A DNA stretch of 63,574 nucleotides, the filler included, from Octopus bimaculoides (taxonomy: Eukaryota): assembly GCF_001194135.2 (NCBI RefSeq). It is 5 parts of 5 records of this genome, joined end to end, with 100 filler letters (N's around TTAATTAATTAA, not from the genome) between each part and the next. Parts side by side here need not be neighbours in the genome. Positions count along the whole stretch, not along the records: positions 1 to 6,196 come from NC_068987.1; positions 6,297 to 32,557 come from NC_068984.1; 3 more parts are not named here. The stretch is one strand, 5' to 3'. Below, piece by piece: positions 1-11,040 of this stretch (position 1 is its first letter; each line of letters begins with the position of its first letter). Position numbers and translations under genes: made by a program. The notes under the pieces were generated by a model. The model ran no database searches and had not been told where the DNA came from. It saw only the letters and a program-made list of their open reading frames with translations.

Positions 1-58
1 AAACTGTCCAACCCATGCCAGCATGGAAAGCAGACGTTAAACGACAACGACAATGAAC
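1..58 (+). mobile_element. 3' tail of the abundant RTE LINE (cut by window edge)
   Basis: Reverse complement of the CATCATCGTTTAACGTCTGCTTTCCATGCTAGCATGGGTTGGAC terminus seen at 3741, 32235 and 59690. Confidence 0.7.
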
Positions 59-312
59 TACATCGGCTGATAATTATCTAATTGTTATCATTGTTCTTAA
101 TGAGCTGGTAGAAACAATTTAACAATGGCTTAATTACTTAGACTATGTAATTTTGTATGTTGTGTACCAAGACAATCCAATTAGAATTCCTTTTCCAAAT
201 GTGTGGCCTTGTGTTATTGTGAAAACTGAAGTAACAATACTAAACTTTTAGTATCATTCTTCTATGCTCTAAAGTCAGATCCTGTTGCAGTTAACTTCTT
301 TCAGCCCTATGT

Positions 313-511
313 CAGTGCTTCTCAACTCTTTTTTTATATCTGGGCCAGAGCTAAAATCTGAACATTTTTTAGGGACCTGCCCACCAAAAAGTAAAATGTA
401 AATCAATTAAAGGGAAATTTATCATATTTAAAGAAGGAAGATCGTTGAGGGTTGCTGGAAGGATGCTTGAGGGCTGCATGCATCCCTGGGATCCACGGTT
501 GAGAACAGCTG
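313..511. mobile_element. hAT (Charlie-like) MITE, 199 bp
   Basis: TIRs CAGTGCTTCTCAAC (313-326) and GTTGAGAACAGCTG (498-511); 8-bp TSD CCCTATGT (305-312) / CTCTATGT (512-519). Confidence 0.8.
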
Positions 512-814
512 CTCTATGTGATCTTATGACCTGCTAGAAATAGCAGTCAAATCAGACTTAGCATTTATTATAAGAACATGACAGACTGGGTAATGTAATG
601 ATACATAACTCATAAAACATGATGGTCATGGTTGGAATACTTTTGGTCATCGTTCTACTTGATCAGGGTTGACTTGTGGCTAAACAACAACCCACAGCAG
701 TCAAACAGATTATACTGGGAATTGATTCAATCTAAGAAATTAACCATTTGTTTTACCAAAATAGACTTCATTAGAAATGGTTTATTGGATTTAGATTAGA
801 TGCAGATGTAGATG

Positions 815-995
815 TATGGTTAAGAAGCTCGATTCATAACTGTGTGGTCTCCAGTTCAGTTCCACTGCCTGGCACCTTGGCCAGGTGTCTTTTACAATTA
901 TAACTCCAGGCTGATCAAAGCCTTGTGTGTGGATTTGGTAGACAGAATCTGTGGAAGCTTGTCTTATGTGTTCGTGTGTGTGTGTGTGTGTGTGT
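815..995 (+). mobile_element. SINE family A, 5' half
   Basis: tRNA-like head (TGGTTAAGAAGC...GTTCAGTTCCACTG), body CAAAGCCTTGTGTGTGGATTTGGTAGAC, then (GT)n; many copies in window. Confidence 0.75.
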
Positions 996-1559
996 CCAAT
1001 GGCTTAAACAAGTAAAGGACGATAAATGGATGTGAACAGCATGAAAAAAAAGGAAAGATTTCCTTTTGTACCCCCAACCCACCATAATGTTTTTTTTTTA
1101 AATATTACACATGATGGAAAATTGATTTCCTACCATGTCTTATAATAATAATAAAGATGAGAAAATCATAAAAATGCAGAATTTCTATTACAAAAATTTC
1201 ATTTCTGTATTATGTTTATTCTTGTCCCGATTTGCCTAACGTTAAGGCCTAAATTGCCTAACTCTGAAATTTGCCCTAACCTTAGGACATGGAGATACAT
1301 AATACAGAAACGAAGTTTTTTTTTAACAGAAATTCTTCATTTTTATGACTTTCTCATCATCATTATTATAAGACAAGGTAGGAAATCAAACTTTAACCTT
1401 TTCTTTCTTCCAGACTTGTAATCTTCGTTTCTTTTTTTAAACATCCAAATTGGAAGGCAAGAATTTTAAAAAGCTTAACTAAAATTATTTAAAAGCAATC
1501 AGATGTAAAGAGTTGTAAAATAAAGAATATTTGTATTATGGTTAATAAACAACAACTAT

Positions 1560-1715
1560 AAAACTGGTTTCAAATTTTGGCACAAGGGGGGGGGGGGTAA
1601 GTCGCTTACACCGACCTCAATGCTCAACTGGTACTTATTTTATCGATGCCTAAAGGCAGAATCGATAAAATAAAGGCAGAGTCGACCTCGGCGACATTTG
1701 AACTCAGAACGTTAA
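1560..1715 (-). mobile_element. SINE family C
   Basis: Shares GTTCTGAGTTCAAAT..CGCCGAGGTCGAC and GATAAAATAAGTACCAG motifs with copies at 13.5, 33.3, 37.7, 40.5 and 58.6 kb. Confidence 0.75.
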
Positions 1716-1966
1716 GTTGGAAGAAACACTGAGTACAGGATGGTGCTGATCGATCAGCAAAAGCAATCCAACTGTGACCATACAGACATTTTCATTGGTA
1801 CACTGTACGCAGTTCCACATTATGTAGAACATTCTGCTCTTAGAGATTTGGCTGCTATTTCTAGACGTACTGTACGGAGGCAGCATTGCAGACAACTGTT
1901 TACACGCTACACAACCAAACATATCTGAGTTAATATTATTGTAGTAATAAAATCAGTTGAACTTAC

Positions 1967-1999
1967 CTTGTTATTCCCGCAAACATTAAATTTCACCAT
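1967..1999 (-). CDS. Candidate first coding exon MVKFNVCGNNK; gene would continue left out of the window
   Basis: ATG in GCTATGG context, 11 codons, consensus donor AAG|GTAAGT, in-frame stop just upstream, unique sequence; no homology recognised. Confidence 0.3.
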
Positions 2000-2484
2000 A
2001 GCTCCTCACCACACCCAATCGATGTTGTCATTAAATTAAACTAAACCACTTAAGACTCTATTTATATATATGTCATCGTTTTCCAAGACAAATATAAATA
2101 CAAATAAATAGCGGTCTATTCTCAATAAACACCTCCTGCTTTTTCACAATTAATTATTATATATATTAGATAGAAATTTATTTTTCATTTTAAAGCAGGG
2201 TATTTAAATGCTTTAGTTTTTAACGTAAATTTATTTTCAACAGTGAGGTAAAACACGCTGGAAATACGAATCTACTATTAAATTGTTGCTAACTCCGTAT
2301 GCTAAAATCGTGCAGCCGAAAAAAGCAGATTTCCTCCCAATTTCTTTTATAATTAATTCACTTCTGCATCATATTTATAAATACGTGTACTGGCACTGGG
2401 TATTCTTCTTTCTTTTCATGTTTAATCGTAAGAAAATGCTTATGCTGTGTAATTAATTAGTAAACTAATTCTTTCTACTATAGA

Positions 2485-2660
2485 TACAAGGCCTGAAATT
2501 TCGTGTGGGAGAGCTGGTCGAATATATCGACCCCAGTGCTCAATTGGTACTTATTTTATCGACTCCAAAAGGATGAAAGGCGTGCTAACGATTTTTTTTC
2601 TACTCTAGGCACAAGGCCCGAAATTTTGGAGGATGGGGTCAGTCGATTAGATCAGGATAT
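2485..2660 (-). mobile_element. SINE family C fragments (two 3' ends)
   Basis: CACAAGGCCTGAAATT and GGTACTTATTTTATCGAC motifs. Confidence 0.65.
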
Positions 2661-2834
2661 AGTCTTTCTCATTCGCAAAATCAGCCCCCACCCGCGCTTA
2701 ATTTTGCTCAGATTGCTTTCATTTTAGGTGTATCGATACAACTCTGAATTTGTGGATCTAGTAAACTAGATCCGCCGTTTATTCCAACCCATCCGCTTGT
2801 ATGAATTTAAGCAAATGTCTAACCCACCTGCTTA

Positions 2835-2978
2835 GGTAAATTTTCACAGATTAACACCCGCACGATTTTCACTAGGATGTTAGAGTTAGGGTTACGGACG
2901 GAATTCCCTAACCCTAACCCTAAAACTAACCCTGACACCCTAGTGAAAATCGTGCGGGTGTTAATCTGAAAATTTTCC
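2835..2978. mobile_element. 144-bp MITE with telomere-like inner repeats, Merlin-like termini
   Basis: Perfect 30-bp inverted repeat 2847-2876 / 2939-2968; termini GGTAA and GGAAA (reverse complement); exact 8-bp TSD CCTGCTTA at 2827-2834 and 2979-2986. Confidence 0.75.
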
Positions 2979-3039
2979 CCTGCTTATTTCAACCCCGACC
3001 AATTATTTGGGACCCGAGAGTATGTAACAAAGAAAAAAA

Positions 3040-3230
3040 ACATTTTAATTCACCCGTCCTCAAGTTTGAAGATAATCAAACCAAAATAATGAGTTCGAGC
3101 CACTTACCCAATGAGTGTTTCTGCCAAATTCGGTAAAAATCCGTTCTGCCGTTTTCCAGTGATTTTGCAAACAGACTAAGACAAGCGACTACAATACCCT
3201 GCTTTCGCTTACGCGCGCAGGATAATTAGA
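3040..3230 (+). mobile_element. Helentron-associated (HINE/DINE-1-like) 3' end
   Basis: CCAAATTCGGTAAAAATCCG...ACAGAC segment, terminal hairpin CCTGC...GCAGG, then T-rich flank. Confidence 0.45.
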
Positions 3231-3740
3231 TAGGTTCCAAAACAAGAGGATTGGCCTCGAATAATTTATAGATAGTTCTGTGCTTATTTACTGATTACAC
3301 CTTCCTACGTGGTTGCCTGCCAATCCCCTTCTCCCTCAGAATCATGATTTTAGTGATTAAGCTATTTTATATCCTTTTCTAGGGTGTTTCTACCCTACCT
3401 GACCATTTTAATACTTTATAATTCCCTTTAGACAAACCTAAATTTTTGTACCCCTATAAATTCATATTTAGCTTATAAAAACAATATGGGTATCTTCATA
3501 ACTTAAAATTAAACTGCTTAAATTAGAATTTAACTAATTTATAGTAAATTTGGTCTCTCACCTCAATGATAAATCTTCCTGACAACCCTAAATTTTAACT
3601 TCATACAATAATGACATTGTTTTACTTAAATTATACATTTTCTATATTTGCTATTGAAGTTAATAAGGTATGGATATTTTATTATGGTTTGTAATGATTA
3701 GGCTGTCTTTATTCCTTTTCTATTATGCTCTACCCTAACT

Positions 3741-4105
3741 GATCATCATCATCATCATCGTTTAACATCTGCTTTCCATGCTAGCATGGGTTGGACGATT
3801 TGACTGAGGACTAGTGAACCAGATGGCTACGCCAGGCTCCAATCTGATTTGGCAGAGTTTTTACAGCTGGATGCCCTTCCTAACGCCAACAACTCCGAGA
3901 GTGTAGTGGGTGCTTTTATGTGCCACAGGCACGAAGGCCAGTCAGGAGGTACTGGCAACGGCCACGCTCGAAATGGTGTATTCTATGTGCCACCTGCACA
4001 GGAGCCAGTGCGGCAACGATCTCGCTCGAATGTCTTTTCACGTGCCACCAGCACAAGTGCCAGGAAGGCGACACTGGTAACGATTACGCTCAAATGGTGC
4101 TTATT
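3741..4105 (-). mobile_element. 5'-truncated RTE LINE (3' UTR only)
   Basis: Matches 59690-60000, the 3' end of the RT-bearing element, including (CAT)n tail and GTGCCACC.GCAC subrepeats. Confidence 0.8.
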
Positions 4106-4664
4106 TATTATTATTATTATTATTTTATAGAAGCCTTAAATAAATCTAATCTTTGTACCCCTACTATTTCATACCCAGCTTATATAAGGTAATGCTGGAA
4201 TCTCGACAACTTAAAATAGTTCAATTTAATTAAATCAGTATATAATTAACATGTTCTTTAACCTCAGTTGGTCCATTATTAAATACCAGGTAAATCCAAT
4301 TGATCAATCTCTATAGAAACCATCTAATAAGTTAATTATTTAGATAAGTAATAAGTAAATAAATATTAAACTATTTTCTTTGCAACTTTCTTTTCCTCCC
4401 TCTATTGTGGTAAAAATTTGGTGTATACTCAAAATATTCATAGAAGTTTTATCCTTTTATTAAAATTTCATTCTTAATAATCTTCTTGATTACCCTGAAT
4501 TTTAATGATCTTTAGAAATTACTTGATTTATCGCTTTCTTAAATGGCTCTACCCTCCTGATCTTAGTATTCTATAAGGGCCTTTATATAAATGTCANNNN
4601 NNNNNNNNNNNNNNNNNNNNNNNNNNNNNNNNNNNNNNNNNNNNNNNNNNNNNNNNNNNNNNNN

Positions 4665-4870
4665 CCGCACAAGAGCCAGTCCAGGGGCACTGGCAACGAT
4701 CTCGCTTGAAAGTCCTTACACATGCCGCGGGCACAAGTGCCAGAAAGGCGACGCTGGGCATAGGTGCCATCACGATTTCGCTTTCACTTGCCCCAACAGG
4801 TCTTCACAAGCTGAGTTTCATGTCCAATGAAGGAGATGACATTGGCATGGGTGCCAGTCGTCGAATTTAA
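4665..4870 (-). mobile_element. RTE 3' UTR fragment
   Basis: GCACAAGAGCCAG...GGCACTGGCAACGATCTCGCT shared with 3990-4030 and 32480-32520. Confidence 0.6.
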
Positions 4871-6156
4871 TTCGATTTCGATAGAGATAGAGATTAGTGT
4901 AAAATATGAATGTTCCATAACTTAAATATTCCTTTAGCTGATACCAAACATCAGTCTTTTGTTGATATTAGCTAAATAAGTAAATATATAATTTTTAGTC
5001 TAATATATTTTAAATTCTTATACTTTTTCTACAAATCTTCTCTATTGGTGTCAATAAGCTACATATACTTTACCATAGTAATAGTAATTAAGCTATTTTA
5101 TTCCTTTTCTATGGTGTTCTGCCCTACTTGATTATTTTATTTCATTTCTTTATTAATTTATAATTAGCCTTTATTTATTCATAAAAATTAAGCTAATCTT
5201 TGTATCTCTATAAATTCATACTTAGCTTATATAAAACTATACTGGTAGATTCACTACTTATAAAAAAAACTGCTTAGATTATAATTTTATTAATAGATAA
5301 TTAAAATGTTCTTTTACTTCAATACTCCTTTATTAATACCAGTATATACCAATTAATCAATATTCACAGATACCATCTGATGAGTTAATATTTAAGTGTA
5401 CAATATGTATAAATATTAAACTATTTCTGGATAATTTCTTTTCCTCCCCCTCTTGTGGTAAAAGTTTGGTATATACTCAAAAATATTCATAAATTTCTAT
5501 CCTTTTGTTAGAATATTCTTCTTAATAATCCTCTGAATAGCCCTAAACTTTAACTGTATACAATATAGCAACATTGTTTAAAATATTTAACTATAGTACT
5601 ACATAAGACTTCCCCTGTTTCATTATCAACGGTCTGCTAGTGGGCAACCCCCTTAATTGTCAGCTAACATCTTGTTTTAAATTTTCCTTTACCAAACTTC
5701 ATGATATTGCTTCTAATAAATCTTGATTTTTATGACTATACCAACTATGATCTCTGTCTGCTCCCTCAGCCCTACCCGTAACAGATACTGCCCTTTATTC
5801 TCTCAGCCTTAGATATACAAGGATTTGGTAAACTAGTCTATAAATTAAAACTGATCCCATAAAAACAAATAAAATCAGTGACAGGCAGAGTCTTCTTGAT
5901 AATTTAGTAACTTCTATGCTGAAGTGGAGACAACATGTTCTTTGTCTATCTCCTTAACTTCTTGGAGATTTTAGATATAATTATACTAATGTGTCCATCT
6001 GTTCTAATTTAATTAAATTCTATGTCTTTGGGCAGCTGAGGATTGCTCTGCATTTTAAATTGATGTAATGATTACATTGTTCAATTAAATGGAGTTGCAT
6101 GAAACGATCGTACTGCATTACCTCTGGATATCTTTGTTGCTTATTTTGATTATATA

Positions 6157-6189
<33 letters not shown>

Positions 6190-6240
6190 TTATATANNNN
6201 NNNNNNNNNNNNNNNNNNNNNNNNNNNNNNNNNNNNNNNN

Positions 6241-6252
6241 TTAATTAATTAA
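6241..6252. other. Artificial scaffold spacer TTAATTAATTAA (also 32602-32613, 51291-51302, 62265-62276)
   Basis: Identical palindromic 12-mer with stops in all frames, flanked by 44 N on each side (100 bp total) at four sites. Confidence 0.9.
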
Positions 6253-6296
6253 NNNNNNNNNNNNNNNNNNNNNNNNNNNNNNNNNNNNNNNNNNNN

Positions 6297-6507
6297 AAAA
6301 TTCTCCCATATATATATGGGAGAATGTACGAAAAAACAACAACAGACGAGGACAGGTGGTGTAAACAACAAAAAGACGTATTAGTATGACGCTCGGGAAT
6401 ACGGAAAGTCTTTAACGTTTCGAGCTACGCTCTTCAACAGAAAGAATACGGAGACAAGGAGAAAAACAGGGAGAAAAAAAAATTGAATAGTGTTCAGTCA
6501 ACGGTCA

Positions 6508-6510
<3 letters not shown>
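6297..6510 (-). mobile_element. Penelope-type short repeat carrying a hammerhead motif
   Basis: Near-identical reverse complement of 35685-35880. Confidence 0.65.
6409..6445 (-). ncRNA. Minimal type I hammerhead ribozyme-like motif
   Basis: TCTTT-CTGTTGA-A-GAGC(GTA)GCTC-GAAA-CG-TT-AAAGA on minus strand: stem I, variant core, stem II, palindromic helix III. Confidence 0.5.
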
Positions 6511-6538
<28 letters not shown>

Positions 6539-6539
6539 T

Positions 6540-7340
6540 ACAGTTACGTTGAAACAGGTGATACGGGAATAAATGATGGTCTAATTCGACTAATCGACAT
6601 GTAATACGTCCGTTTGGAGTATTCCATGCCCTAACCTATCATGGAAAATTTGGGGTGCGAGGTATGTAATTTTTGAACAGCTGTCAGTGAATATACTCGC
6701 CTTTGAGGCTGTCAGCGTTACGTCTAACACGATGTATGGTTGACAGTCAAATGAATGGAGATGTAACGGAGATATTGTACTTAAATGGGCACATTCTGTA
6801 AATGGGCTGCAATGGGAGACGGCAACGGGGAGGTGAACTGTTGAAAGAAGCTGAGGAGGAGCTGGTAGTGGTGGAAATCTTACCTTTACCGCCTGAGCAA
6901 CACATGCCATTAGTTTCATTTGGAAATTTGAAAGCTTTGCGGATTCGAGAATTTCAGTGTAGCACACCAATTTGTACAGAGTTATCATTTTTATAAGAGT
7001 GGGATGAATCATATCTGAAAGCAGCTCCTGGAGTTGCGAAGAACAAATTTGCATGTGGTCTATTTCTGAGAGCTATTGTATTGGACCTCTGTCTAATCTG
7101 GCGTGCGAAACCTTGTTCTTACAATTAAGTTTTGCCGCATGCTTTAGCTGATCTTGGGAAAGTCTCCTCTCCCTTCTTTCTTGAGACTCCATTTGACGTA
7201 CTGCAGCATGCCTCGGCCGATCTTGAGAAAGTCTTATCTCCTTTCTCTCTTGAGACTCTCGTCTTCGGTTTTCTGCAATCGTCCTCGTTTTATACGTATT
7301 TCTGGATAGATTACGTCTTTTCTTTGGTGGCATATATTTT
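6540..7340 (-). mobile_element. Helitron RepHel N-terminal fragment (frameshifted)
   Basis: MPPKKRR...ESQERKEIRLSQDRPRHAA repeats, then AFRYD...FKFPNETNGMCCSGGK, typical of Helitron N-termini. Confidence 0.85.
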
Positions 7341-7909
7341 CAATATTGTAAACAAAAAATTATAAACATAGAAAAAATATACATTAATCTCTATTTTTGT
7401 AAGTAGTTATATATAGTATGTAGTATGTCTGTATTTTTGTATGCAGTGTAAATTAACGAAATATAAGCAAATGAACGAAATAAGAAACACATGTATAGAA
7501 CTGCTAATTTAACGTTAAATGCCACAATAATTATTACAGAGAGACAAAGAATTTTATATCTTACCTTACAGCCTTGCAACTGCTGCGATAATTATTAACT
7601 GGTAATGGAACAGTAAATGTGTATTGTTTAAATGGAAATGGAAATAAAATTTCATATTGACACTGGCCAGCCCGCACTTCACGCATGTCAGTCGCTAGGT
7701 ATGCATGTGTAGATGTGTGTGGATGTGTTTAATAACGAACCGTATATAGTATGTCTGTATTTTTGCATGCAGTGTAAATTAATCCCCCCCCCCCACAAAA
7801 TTACATGTTGATACTCCCGGGGTCTCATAGTATTATCATGTAAAATTTGATATGATTTGGTTGAGCCGTTTGAGAATACATTGGGACAGACAGAGATACA
7901 AAGGATTAT

Positions 7910-7955
7910 ATATATATAGAGAGAGAGAGAGAGAAAGAGAGACAGACAGACAGAC

Positions 7956-8006
<51 letters not shown>

Positions 8007-8085
8007 AAGAGAGACAGACAGACAGACAGATACAGAGAGAGAGACAGAGACAGAGACAGACAGAGAGAGAGACAGACAGAGAAAG
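7910..8085. repeat. (AG)n/(ACAG)n microsatellite
   Basis: Direct reading. Confidence 0.95.
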
Positions 8086-8099
8086 ATTATCTGTATGTG

Positions 8100-8250
8100 A
8101 AAGCGCATGAACTAGTGGTTAGAGCGTCGAGCTTTCATTCCTAAGGTCCTTCGTTCGATTTCAAGACCGGGCTGTGCGTTTTTTTTGTGGGGGGGGGGTA
8201 GCAAAACACTTTATCTTCCCATTGCATCAGTTCATTCAGTTGTAGAAATT
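8100..8250 (+). mobile_element. SINE with tRNA-like head (family B-like, degenerate)
   Basis: A-box-like TAGTGGTTAGAGCG and B-box-like GTTCGATTTC. Confidence 0.55.
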
Positions 8251-8269
8251 AGCTGCGACATCACTGGAG

Positions 8270-9070
8270 CCAAATTGTATCGGCTTTTGCCATGGCAAAA
8301 GCCGATACAAATTGGCCATGTGGAAGAGCTTATATGAATTAGTTTTGAGGTATACACCCCCACCGCTTCCTCTGTCATCGAATCTTAAGAATAGGTCTCG
8401 GAATGTTTTTATAGTTCGCCACCCCGTCACTACTTCTTCCTTAATGTTAAGACAAATGTAGGTAGGAGATTCTTGCACTTAGTAGACATCTATTTCCCTA
8501 GAACCCATAGATACAGTGAAATCTTTAACATACACACGATAAGAATTACCTTTTCTTGTCTCCCAAATATTAAACCATATATCAATAAGCAATAGACAAC
8601 TCAAGCCTGCCCTAGATGTGCATATAGAGACAAATCTAAATGTCCTCAAATGCAGAAATGCAATATATCTCCCATTATTTATGAAGCACACGTTCCAGGA
8701 ACTACGATAGTAGTCGAATAGGAATCAAACGTTATATCGGAGCCGTGGCAGGTAAATTTAAATCCAGATATAACAACCATAGTCTGAATTTTTGGCATAA
8801 GGATAAGAAGCATTCAACAATCCGTTTGGCTTTAGTAGGGAAACTTAAAGATGAAGGGACTAGTGTCGACATCAATGGAAAATCCTCTCCAAAACCAGAC
8901 CCCATATTAAAGGGTCCAAAAAATTTCAGGATTTTCTCTTGAAAAACTATATCTCAAAAAGAACTTGAGAACCTACGAACGAATACGTAGATTTCAGGAA
9001 CGAGGTTTTTTTCTGTATGTCAGCATTTCAAGAAATACATCTTGTCGGAATTTAAATATTAACTGCCAGA
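8270..9070 (+). mobile_element. Decayed Penelope-like element: RT C-terminus and GIY-YIG endonuclease
   Basis: NRSRNV..F...NVKTNVGRRFLHLVDIYFP..IFNIHTIRITFSCLPNI; IIYEAHV..KRYIG..FKSRYNNH..KLKDEG; CQHFKKYIL; with frameshifts and stops. Confidence 0.85.
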
Positions 9071-9351
9071 CACTTTGTAAACCATTAACATCTTGTTTAT
9101 GTTTTCAGGACATCGAATTAGTGAATCGTTGGTTATCTCCCTTGTGTTTTTTTCTTATCTTCTTTATTGGAGTCTCTTATTCAAAAGTCATCTGCTCAAA
9201 CGACAAATGACAAACGACTTTGTTCTCAGCTTGAAAAATATAGATAAATAGATATAGATATAGATAAAGATATGTGCGTGTGTGTATGTAGTATGTATGT
9301 ATGTATGTATGTATGTATATACGTTACAATCAAGGTGTCAGTTTCACTCAC

Positions 9352-9377
9352 CAGTATAATTCTAAGGTAAAGTATTC
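9352..9377 (-). other. Candidate 26-nt microexon
   Basis: TTTTTTCAG| exon |GTGAGT; open as GILYLRIIL or EYFTLELY; partner exons unknown. Confidence 0.2.
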
Positions 9378-9558
9378 CTGAAAAAATCCCTCAGAGGTGA
9401 TAAATGTGTATATTGCTTCCCTTACATTATCGCTTGACCATAAATTGCTTCTGTTTTCTATTATATTTTACACATGACAATGTATTGCTGCACTTATAGC
9501 CATTACCTAACTGTTGTGTTTAGCTTGATGCCGCATTTGACTAGATTTAACTATTCAG

Positions 9559-9789
9559 AAAGTCCATTTGCGAACCGAATCTCCAAGACGTATGCTACGT
9601 ATGCCGTGGCTGATGTGCATGCATGTGCCGAAGCTAGAAAAGCTGCAGACACATCTAAATAGCCAGCATGTGTGGTTGTCGAAGTTATTGGATTTAAGGG
9701 AGAGTGTGACGTTGGGAGAGATGACAAATGCCTGTAGCACCAGGTGGTCAGGATCTGCTACAAAAGAATAGGTTTCCATCATTTTCCAG
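9559..9789 (+). pseudogene. Symmetric phase-1/1 exon with PAN/apple-like Cys pattern and two in-frame TAGs
   Basis: TATTCAG| 231 nt |GTATTG; ESPFANRISKTYATYAVADVHACAEARKAADTSK*PACVVVEVIGFKGECDVGRDDKCL*HQVVRICYKRIGFHHFP. Confidence 0.4.
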
Positions 9790-9868
9790 GTATTGTTTCT
9801 TCTATATTGTTAAAAACAATCTCTTTTTACGTATTGCATTACGCTTTTACTCCTTTCTTCATTTTATT

Positions 9869-9907
<39 letters not shown>

Positions 9908-10944
9908 ATATATATATCATCATCATCATCATCATCATCGTTTAACNNNNNNNNNNNNNNNNNNNNNNNNNNNNNNNNNNNNNNNNNNNNNNNNNNNNNN
10001 NNNNNNNNNNNNNNNNNNNNNNNNNNNNNNNNNNNNNNNNNNNNNNNNNNNNNNNNNNNNNNNNNNNNNNNNNNNNNNNNNNNNNNNNNNNNNNNNNNNN
10101 NNNNNNNNNNNNNNNNNNNNNNNNNNNNNNNNNNNNNNNNNNNNNNNNNNNNNNNNNNNNNNNNNNNNNNNNNNNNNNNNNNNNNNNNNNNNNNNNNNNN
10201 NNNNNNNNNNNNNNNNNNNNNNNNNNNNNNNNNNNNNNNNNNNNNNNNNNNNNNNNNNNNNNNNNNNNNNNNNNNNNNNNNNNNNNNNNNNNNNNNNNNN
10301 NNNNNNNNNNNNNNNNNNNNNNNNNNNNNNNNNNNNNNNNNNNNNNNNNNNNNNNNNNNNNNNNNNNNNNNNNNNNNNNNNNNNNNNNNNNNNNNNNNNN
10401 NNNNNNNNNNNNNNNNNNNNNNNNNNNNNNNNNNNNNNNNNNNNNNNNNNNNNNNNNNNNNNNNNNNNNNNNNNNNNNNNNNNNNNNNNNNNNNNNNNNN
10501 NNNNNNNNNNNNNNNNNNNNNNNNNNNNNNNNNNNNNNNNNNNNNNNNNNNNNNNNNNNNNNNNNNNNNNNNNNNNNNNNNNNNNNNNNNNNNNNNNNNN
10601 NNNNNNNNNNNNNNNNNNNNNNNNNNNNNNNNNNNNNNNNNNNNNNNNNNNNNNNNNNNNNNNNNNNNNNNNNNNNNNNNNNNNNNNNNNNNNNNNNNNN
10701 NNNNNNNNNNNNNNNNTCGTCATCATCATCATCATTTCATTATTATTATTATTATTATTATTATTGTTATTGTTGTTGTTGTTGTTGTTGTTGTACCATA
10801 CATGTTGTTTGTATCATTTAAAGTGCATTTTAACTTCTGAATCGTAAAAATGTCATTATGTCTATCTTTAGAAATAGCAGGCTACCATTATTCACAAAAT
10901 ATGTGACGCGGCTCCACCTTCGTTTTTTTTCTCTTTCAACCAAG

Positions 10945-11040
10945 TCGTCGTCTTCTTCTTCTTCTTCTTCTTCTTCTTCTTCTTCTTCTTCTTCTTCTTC
11001 TTCTTCTTCTTCTTCTTCTTCTTCTTCTTCTTCTCCTCCT
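10945..11040. repeat. (CTT)n microsatellite
   Basis: Direct reading. Confidence 0.95.

Larger units (their letters stand above)
3330..5570. repeat. Diverged AT-rich direct-repeat cluster, about 3-4 partial units, interrupted by RTE tails
   Basis: GCTATTTTAT..CCTTTTCTA..GTGTT.CT.CCCTAC.TGA recurs near 3361, 3703, 4545, 5092; 4360-4500 aligns with 5410-5550. Confidence 0.6.

Noticed and set aside
4360-5550. Shared TAA/TAG positions suggesting a ciliate-type genetic code or contaminant
   Set aside because: Indels shift frame between the copies, so similarity is nucleotide-level; host repeats are interleaved.
6241-6252. Recurrent TTAATTAATTAA between N runs as a biological motif
   Set aside because: Fixed 44N-12-44N layout at four sites marks an assembly spacer.
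8236-8691. Two collinear minus-strand ORFs forming about 150 aa with one stop
   Set aside because: Antisense of the Penelope RT/GIY-YIG on the plus strand.
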